This document shows, in pieces, positions 58,339-64,000 of a stretch of DNA of 64,000 nt. Position numbers and translations under genes: made by a program. The notes below the pieces were generated by a model. The model was not told where the DNA came from, made no database searches, and was given only the letters and a program-made list of their open reading frames with translations. Within the stretch, counting starts at the first letter, position 1; each line of letters begins with the position of its first letter. Source of the stretch: Candidatus Bathyarchaeota archaeon (lineage in GTDB: Archaea > Thermoproteota > Bathyarchaeia > Bathyarchaeales > Bathycorpusculaceae); assembly GCA_963780185.1 (NCBI GenBank), contig CAWABA010000004.1, positions 32,001-96,000 on the forward strand. Reading direction: 5' to 3'.

Positions 58339-58935
58339 CTAAGGCTTCTTTTTATAGCACATCGTTAGCATGCCGTCGATGCAGAAAGGCGACAGCTCCC
58401 CCTCCGAATCCTGCCTAATACACAGCGGCTTCATATCGCATTTCGGGCACACCGCACTTCTAAGCTGAGCCCCCGTGGTTGCCAGGAGACTTTTTTCTTT
58501 AAGCGTCTCGTAAGCGAACTTTAGGTATTTGCCTTCAGCTATGCGCGGCACGTCATATTTGGCTGCTTCGACGCCTGCGTCAAGCGCGAAGTACTCGTAG
58601 AGCCTTCTTGCACCCTTCGACGAGTTGCAGCTTTTACAGATCCAAACAAGATTCTTCTCAACATTAGGACCATGATACTTCTGCGGCAACAAATGCTCCA
58701 AAGTCAAATTTGCAGTCGCACCACAGAAACCGCACAAGTTCCCCGTTTGCCGTTCTTTGATGTACTCGCGGATTTCGTTCCAGCTAATGTCACCCGCCTT
58801 GAGCTCTTTGAACTTATTCATGATAAAACCGTAATCTTTCTTTCCCATGCCAGCAGAGTCAGCGATAATTTTCGCGTACTGCCAATAAATCAAGTCCCTA
58901 ACAGTTTTAACCACAGCTGGAGGCATAATGCTCAC
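58339..58935 (-). CDS. HNH endonuclease
   Basis: CGFCG, LTLEHLLP...G.N...NLV..CKSCNSSKG; additional C-terminal Cys cluster. Confidence 0.9.
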   Translation of the reverse strand: MSIMPPAVVKTVRDLIYWQYAKIIADSAGMGKKDYGFIMNKFKELKAGDISWNEIREYIKERQTGNLCGFCGATANLTLEHLLPQKYHGPNVEKNLVWICKSCNSSKGARRLYEYFALDAGVEAAKYDVPRIAEGKYLKFAYETLKEKSLLATTGAQLRSAVCPKCDMKPLCIRQDSEGELSPFCIDGMLTMCYKKKP

Positions 58936-59061
58936 CTGTAAGTTCTATGAAAGATAACTTTGTTATTAGAGCAGGTTTACTTTTTAGGGTTTACTGAAAT
59001 CCAACCTTTTTCTTTGCAAAAGACCGCTTAACTGAATGTTAGAAAGGGTCATTGATTTTTG

Positions 59062-60420
59062 TTAGTGGCTTTTTCGGTGCCTTGCATAGAGCAGCACCAA
59101 TAACGAAGCAATTGCAGCCAACAAAATCGCCACAACAGTTACGAAAACAGTTGCTGGCACGGAAAAAGCTAAGGGACCAGCGGGTTTTGTGGTTGATGCT
59201 GAAGTCGAGGAAGGCGTCGGGCTGGAAAAAGAGAGTGCTGGAGAGGGACTTGGAGAAGCTGTTGGGATAGGTGTAGAAGTTTGAGTAGGAATTGTTGGCG
59301 CTTGGGGGTTTGGCGCGGTTAAGAACGGAACAAATGTTACTGTGCCTAAGTTGAAATCGTCCTTAGAGTCACGAATGGACTGGCTGATGACTGATTGATT
59401 AGTTGTTCCCCACCAGTTATTGGCTGCATTAATATTGTTCGGTGTTTCACAGTCAATCAAGTATCTGGATATTTCCTCAAAGTTGTTGTTAGCAAGAGTC
59501 AGATTACCTGTCATAGTTGAATCTACCAAGATTCCAGTAGAACTGCCTACGACCGTGTTGTCTTGAATGGTGATGTCTGATTGAGGTCCTGAGGCTTTTA
59601 TTCCAACTAAGGAAGACTGAATTAGCAGTAGGTTATTTTGGATTGTCGCTTCTCCTGAAGCAATAATACACATATTATAATTTCCTGTAATTGTGTTGCC
59701 GCTGACAAATGATACGTCGGTTTCATCCAAAGCGTACCGGGAACCTAAGGCAATTGCAAAGTTGCCGCCTCCCGTTATGGTGTTGTCTGTTATTGTTGGT
59801 GAACCAGCTGAGACTGTGACTCCGGAGCCTAATGTGTTTCCAGAAATAGATGGAGACCCACCCCACTCCAAGATGGAAAGATGAGAATTATCGGAGATTA
59901 CCGAAGAACCGCCTTCAATCAGTAACGCCGCTCCTTGAGTGTTTGTTATTTTGGAAGAGGCGTCTATCGCGATTTGGGTCGAGTTAAAAACCGCGTTGCT
60001 AATTATGCAGCCTGATCCATCTTGTTCATTCCAGCTGGTACTCGATGGGTAGAAGGTTATTCCGGCTGGAGTAAATGGACCGAAAGGATTATTCACATCC
60101 ATAGAGCTGCCGCCGCTTATTTGGATTGGATTTGCGTTTGTACCTATAGCGATAAGGGTTCCGTTAACTTGCATGTAATAACTGTTCAGGTTCACCATGG
60201 CTCCAGGTTGGATTGTCAATGTAATGCCTTGAGCGACAGCAACCGGGCCAGTGAGACTGTACGGACTACCACCTCGGGTCCAAATAGCATCAGAAGATAT
60301 TATGCCATTCTCAGTTGTCCCATTTTGAGCCAACCCGTACGGCATGGACCCAACCAGTGCAATTCCTGCTAAGACAGCCAAAATGAGAAGAATCCCCAAG
60401 GTCTTGTGGAAATGGCTCAT
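59062..60420 (-). CDS. Surface protein with right-handed parallel beta-helix repeats, a P/S/T linker and a C-terminal membrane anchor
   Basis: Signal peptide; WT..GSPY, LTIQPG, I..N.I repeats, A.NNWWGT. Confidence 0.85.
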   Translation of the reverse strand: MSHFHKTLGILLILAVLAGIALVGSMPYGLAQNGTTENGIISSDAIWTRGGSPYSLTGPVAVAQGITLTIQPGAMVNLNSYYMQVNGTLIAIGTNANPIQISGGSSMDVNNPFGPFTPAGITFYPSSTSWNEQDGSGCIISNAVFNSTQIAIDASSKITNTQGAALLIEGGSSVISDNSHLSILEWGGSPSISGNTLGSGVTVSAGSPTITDNTITGGGNFAIALGSRYALDETDVSFVSGNTITGNYNMCIIASGEATIQNNLLLIQSSLVGIKASGPQSDITIQDNTVVGSSTGILVDSTMTGNLTLANNNFEEISRYLIDCETPNNINAANNWWGTTNQSVISQSIRDSKDDFNLGTVTFVPFLTAPNPQAPTIPTQTSTPIPTASPSPSPALSFSSPTPSSTSASTTKPAGPLAFSVPATVFVTVVAILLAAIASLLVLLYARHRKSH

Positions 60421-60504
60421 AATCCAGTCTGAGGAATTGATGGCGATAAAAGCATTCTCGTAAATTTATCTTGACTAAGTTAAGTCAAGGTTTCTTGACT
60501 GGAA

Positions 60505-60801
60505 TTAGCCGCCGCCTACTGGAGGCAGAATCGCTAATACATCCCCGTCCCGAAGCTCCGTTTCCAAGCCGTTCATGGTTGAGGTGCTGTTTCCGTTGAC
60601 GAGGAACTGCAAGAAACTTTTAGGCTGCCCAGTTGTGCCGTCATAAACGTAATCCTTGAAGGCAACGCCATATTTTTCTGAGAGCATTTTGAGGACAGAG
60701 TCAACCGTTGCCTTCGTGCCCGTGGGGAGAGTTAGGGTTTCTTCTCTTTTGTTCACGATTTCCCGCAGGGAAGTGAAGAAGCGAACTTTAACCTCGACCG
60801 T
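60505..60801 (-). CDS. moaD: MoaD/ThiS/SAMP ubiquitin-like sulfur carrier; probable start is ACG at 60801
   Basis: (M)VEVKVRFFTSLREI upstream of the listed GTG; LVNG, T.L.DGD.LAILPPVGGG. Confidence 0.9.
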   Translation of the reverse strand, partial: TVEVKVRFFTSLREIVNKREETLTLPTGTKATVDSVLKMLSEKYGVAFKDYVYDGTTGQPKSFLQFLVNGNSTSTMNGLETELRDGDVLAILPPVGGG

Positions 60802-61240
60802 TTCGATTCACCGTTACCTACTAATGCGAAAACCTGAAAAATAACCGTTGCGCCAAACGCAACCATTCAAACTTGATTAACCAGAGACTACCCCTGAATC
60901 GCCGTGTCCGAGGTTGATGAGAAATCTTGGCTGAGGCTCTGGAAAATTTAAGGAAGAAAAGACGGACATGGGGAATTGCAGTATATCCATCTCGGTGAGT
61001 TTAACCAGAGACCTCAGCCAATAATTAGGAAGTTGCAGCTAGTTACATATATTATTTTTCCTTCTACGAGCATAAATGTTACAAAAATGAAGTGAATTGT
61101 TTAGAAGCATTTAAAAAAAGGCTCAAAACCACTTGGAAAATAGCGGAGTTTTTTTGTGGAAATTGGTTGATGTTTTCCATCGGACAGTATTTGCAATCTT
61201 AGCAAAGCAACAGTTTATAAAAAGCTAATTAGGGATAGCC

Positions 61241-61714
61241 ATGTGGGGAGACAATAAGCCCATGCTGATCGAAACCGCAACCATCGACGATGCTACAGAG
61301 ATATTATCTCTTCAGAAGCTAGCTTACCTAGGCGAGGCAGAGATATACAACGACCTTTCTATTCCGCCGCTAGTTGAGTCTCTCAACGAGTTGAAGCAAA
61401 TTTTTAAAAGCCACATCTTTCTGAAAGCAACGGTTAATGGAAAAATCGTCGGGTCAGTCAGGGCATTTGAGAAAGACGGCACATGCTACGTTGGCAGGCT
61501 AATGGTTCACCCCGACTTTCAGAACAAAGGTAACGGCACGAAGCTTCTGCTGAAAACTGAGTGCGTATTTGCTTCTTGCCTCAGGTTTGAGCTTTTTACA
61601 GGAAGCAAGAGCTTCAAGAATATTCACCTGTATGAGAAGCTCGGTTACAAGGCATTTAAGACTGAGGAAGTCTCGGGCAATTTAAAGCTTGTATTTCTTG
61701 AAAAGCTGAAATGA
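61241..61714 (+). CDS. GNAT-family acetyltransferase
   Basis: IVGSVRA, GRLMVHPDFQNKGNGT, N..LYEKLGY. Confidence 0.9.
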   Translation: MWGDNKPMLIETATIDDATEILSLQKLAYLGEAEIYNDLSIPPLVESLNELKQIFKSHIFLKATVNGKIVGSVRAFEKDGTCYVGRLMVHPDFQNKGNGTKLLLKTECVFASCLRFELFTGSKSFKNIHLYEKLGYKAFKTEEVSGNLKLVFLEKLK

Positions 61715-61756
61715 ACCGACTTGTTTATCTCTTAAGCACATTTTAGAGTACTTTAA

Positions 61757-62545
61757 ATGCAGAGGCTCAGCGGTATGAAGTTAAGTTTGTCTAACGGATT
61801 ATTCAGTAAGCTACGCTTGGATGGGAACTTCGCGGCTGTTAAGCAACTCGGGTTTGAAAACATCGAGTTTAACATGAAAGCCATAAAGAAAGAGCACGAC
61901 AGAGACGTTTACCGGGAACAGAAGGCGTTGGCGGCTTCGGGGCTGAACTGCTTAACTCTTCACTCAGCTATTCTGCACGTGAAAGACCCCATCGAGGTGC
62001 ATCAAGCGGTTTACTATGGCAAAATCTCGCTTGAATGTGCCCGCGCACTTGGCGTTTCACTTATGACCGTGCATTCAAACGTTTCAAAGAAGCTTCCCCG
62101 CAACGTCAGAGAAAGATGCCTCAACGAGATTTTTAATGATGAAATCAAACCTTTCGCGAAAAAGCTGGGCATAAAGTTGGCTTTGGAAAACCTTTCCTAC
62201 ACGTCAACGGGGTTTGGCAAAAACGTTGAGCAGCTTGAAGAAATCCTATCGGTCATAGACGACGAAGGTACCATGGGGATAACGTTTGATTTGTGCCACG
62301 CGTTGGAAACCAAGCAAACGGACAGTCTTCTTGAGAAGTATGGCAGCCGCGTCTGCAACGTTCACATGGCAAACAAAGCACATCAACCGTTCACCGAACC
62401 CAAACCCGAACTCCTATCCTTTCTGATAAAGTTACACTGCTTCGGCTACGATGGCCCCATAACGCTGGAGCTTGTGCACGACACGTCTATGGAAGAAATT
62501 GCAAAAAGCAAAGCCCTCTTTGACAGGCTTCTAAGCGAGTTTTAG
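61757..62545 (+). CDS. Sugar phosphate isomerase/epimerase (AP endonuclease 2 TIM barrel) family protein
   Basis: LGFENIE, LALEN, ITFDLCHA, NVHM, GPITLE. Confidence 0.85.
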   Translation: MQRLSGMKLSLSNGLFSKLRLDGNFAAVKQLGFENIEFNMKAIKKEHDRDVYREQKALAASGLNCLTLHSAILHVKDPIEVHQAVYYGKISLECARALGVSLMTVHSNVSKKLPRNVRERCLNEIFNDEIKPFAKKLGIKLALENLSYTSTGFGKNVEQLEEILSVIDDEGTMGITFDLCHALETKQTDSLLEKYGSRVCNVHMANKAHQPFTEPKPELLSFLIKLHCFGYDGPITLELVHDTSMEEIAKSKALFDRLLSEF

Positions 62546-62804
62546 GGTTCAGGCAGGTTTTGGTTCACTCTATGGTGCAACAGCGGCAGACGCATTTTGC
62601 GCGTTTATAAGCGTGGGCTCCCTTATGTAGGCTGAAGAGTTTCTTTTGTTCTCTGGGTAATTGTCCAGTCACTGATTCTTTTCTGAGATAAGGAGAAGAA
62701 GGGGTAAAAAAACATGTATTTTATGGTTGGAGCATGGGCTCTGGAAGAAAATCTGCGGGAAAATTCCTGCAAAACAAGAGTCGCGCAAACGGGGGATTCA
62801 GTTT

Positions 62805-63011
62805 ATGGTTAATATAGGCGACGCGATGAAGTGCCCGGAATGTCAATCGTTAGGGTCCGTTGTCTGGCTCTCGCTTGACAAAAAAACGATGGGTGTGCGG
62901 TGCCACATGAGCCATCGGGAAGCGATTAGACCAGCATCTAAATACGGCGGAAAAGTAGCTGTCTCAACCAAGTCCAGAAAAAACGTGGTTTTCATAACGG
63001 CTGTAGGCTGA
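62805..63011 (+). CDS. Small zinc-ribbon protein
   Basis: KCPEC and VRC...H motifs. Confidence 0.6.
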   Translation: MVNIGDAMKCPECQSLGSVVWLSLDKKTMGVRCHMSHREAIRPASKYGGKVAVSTKSRKNVVFITAVG

Positions 63012-63091
63012 ATTTAGCGGACTTGAGCGGCTTTTTTCTGCTCTTTTTTTAAATCGCAATCATCGGGGATCGAACATAATTGTTTTCGTTG

Positions 63092-63403
63092 TTATAGAAC
63101 GTAGACGTCTTGTATGGTTACTAACCCGTTGTCCCCGACTATCCGTTTTAGCTCTGGCAGAAGCGGTTCAAGCTTTGACTGCTCATCAATCACTTCAACT
63201 ATTATAGGCATGTTAACCGTAACGCCTTCAAGCTTCAGAGTGGACTTACCCCGTTTACCAAACCCGTCCACACCCGTCCAAACGGTGGCGCCGCTGACTC
63301 CAGCTTTGGTCAAAAGGTCTATGACGAGGGGTTCAAGCCGTTTGCCGCCGACCTCATCGTTCCGTTTGAATCTTACCGTTAAACTCCACATTTTAAGCCT
63401 CAC
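63092..63403 (-). CDS. DUF190 (PII-like) protein
   Basis: GVSGATVWTGVDGFG, PIIVEVID, GLVT; DUF190 is a common crcB neighbour. Confidence 0.9.
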   Translation of the reverse strand: MRLKMWSLTVRFKRNDEVGGKRLEPLVIDLLTKAGVSGATVWTGVDGFGKRGKSTLKLEGVTVNMPIIVEVIDEQSKLEPLLPELKRIVGDNGLVTIQDVYVL

Positions 63404-63789
63404 CTTACTATCCGCTCCATCAACTCGTTCCCCACCACTTTCCCACCTAGCACCGCGCCTAAAGACAATCCAACATTCGCTAAAATGTTCAGCGCAACTA
63501 GGATAAAGCGGTTGCTATCCATGAGGTTGCTGGTTTCCAGCGCGAAGGACGACATTGTTGTGAATGCTCCGCAGAACCCAGTGGCGACAAGCAGGGTGTA
63601 GTTTGAATCCAAGTTCAAGGCAACAGCGAGAACGGAGAATAACCCAAGGATGAAGCTGCCAAGAATGTTTACAGCTAAAACGTTGACGGGCAAGCCGCCG
63701 ATGGTTTTGGGTGAAGCAACCATTACGTAACGGAGAAAAGCGCCCACTACTGCGCCAGCCGCCAGCAATGCGAATTCTATCATTTTCAT
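63400..63789 (-). CDS. crcB: Fluoride channel Fluc/CrcB
   Basis: GAFLRY, VNILGSF, TGFCGAFTTMSSF..E. Confidence 0.95.
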   Translation of the reverse strand: MKMIEFALLAAGAVVGAFLRYVMVASPKTIGGLPVNVLAVNILGSFILGLFSVLAVALNLDSNYTLLVATGFCGAFTTMSSFALETSNLMDSNRFILVALNILANVGLSLGAVLGGKVVGNELMERIVR

Positions 63790-63814
63790 GTGTGCCTACC
63801 TTGTTTTCGTTTGG

Positions 63815-63878
63815 GTAGGCATTATCAGCGTCCATCGGAGCAGTTCTGACCAGGCGGTCAAGGCTAATGCCATAGCGC
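63815..63878 (-). ncRNA. Fluoride (crcB) riboswitch
   Basis: GCTA-TG-GCAT-TAGC P1, ACCGC...GCTGAT, and pseudoknot GGCATT/AATGCC ending CCTAC, directly upstream of crcB. Confidence 0.8.
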
Positions 63879-64000
63879 AGATTTAGCTCAAAAATACGGC
63901 TGAAACATTTAAGCCTATTGGGCTGCCTCAAGCGTTTTTGTTGGTTAGTCAAGAAAATTTGACTGAGTTTAGTCAAGAAACCTTAACGAGAACCCTTTAA

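Overview
Archaeal chromosome segment. The gene content (group II chaperonin, Topo VI A/B, aIF5B, ABCE1, Cgi121, TrmY), frequent TTG/GTG starts and GGAGGTGA Shine-Dalgarno (SD) sites fit a TACK archaeon, probably Bathyarchaeia (inference). Several single-base indels in otherwise intact genes suggest an imperfectly polished assembly. Layout: (1) 2.6-16.4 kb is a type IV pilus locus with a secretion ATPase, two membrane platform proteins, five class III signal-peptide genes (two are giant Ig-repeat pilins), and divergent HerA-like and KaiC-like ATPases. (2) A tRNA-Pro-linked defence islet. (3) trxB, thermosome and an ABC exporter. (4) An accessory tract ending in tRNA-Thr(CGU), with three progressively shorter copies of the tRNA 3' end each bracketing a small cargo. 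(5) A 7.4-kb block between two ~190-bp inverted repeats, holding a roadblock/pilin/wHTH cluster. (6) ABCE1-top6B-top6A-infB, an HTH/nucleotidyltransferase/HNH islet, moaD, and crcB with a fluoride riboswitch. The most striking signal is that five genes appear to start at ACG: their conserved N-termini lie after an in-frame stop, have no ATG/GTG/TTG, and have an SD-like site placed upstream of an ACG. Other highlights are a shared operator upstream of four pilin genes and an unannotated 22-aa acidic Trp-repeat peptide. No CRISPR array, rRNA, integrase or transposase was seen.
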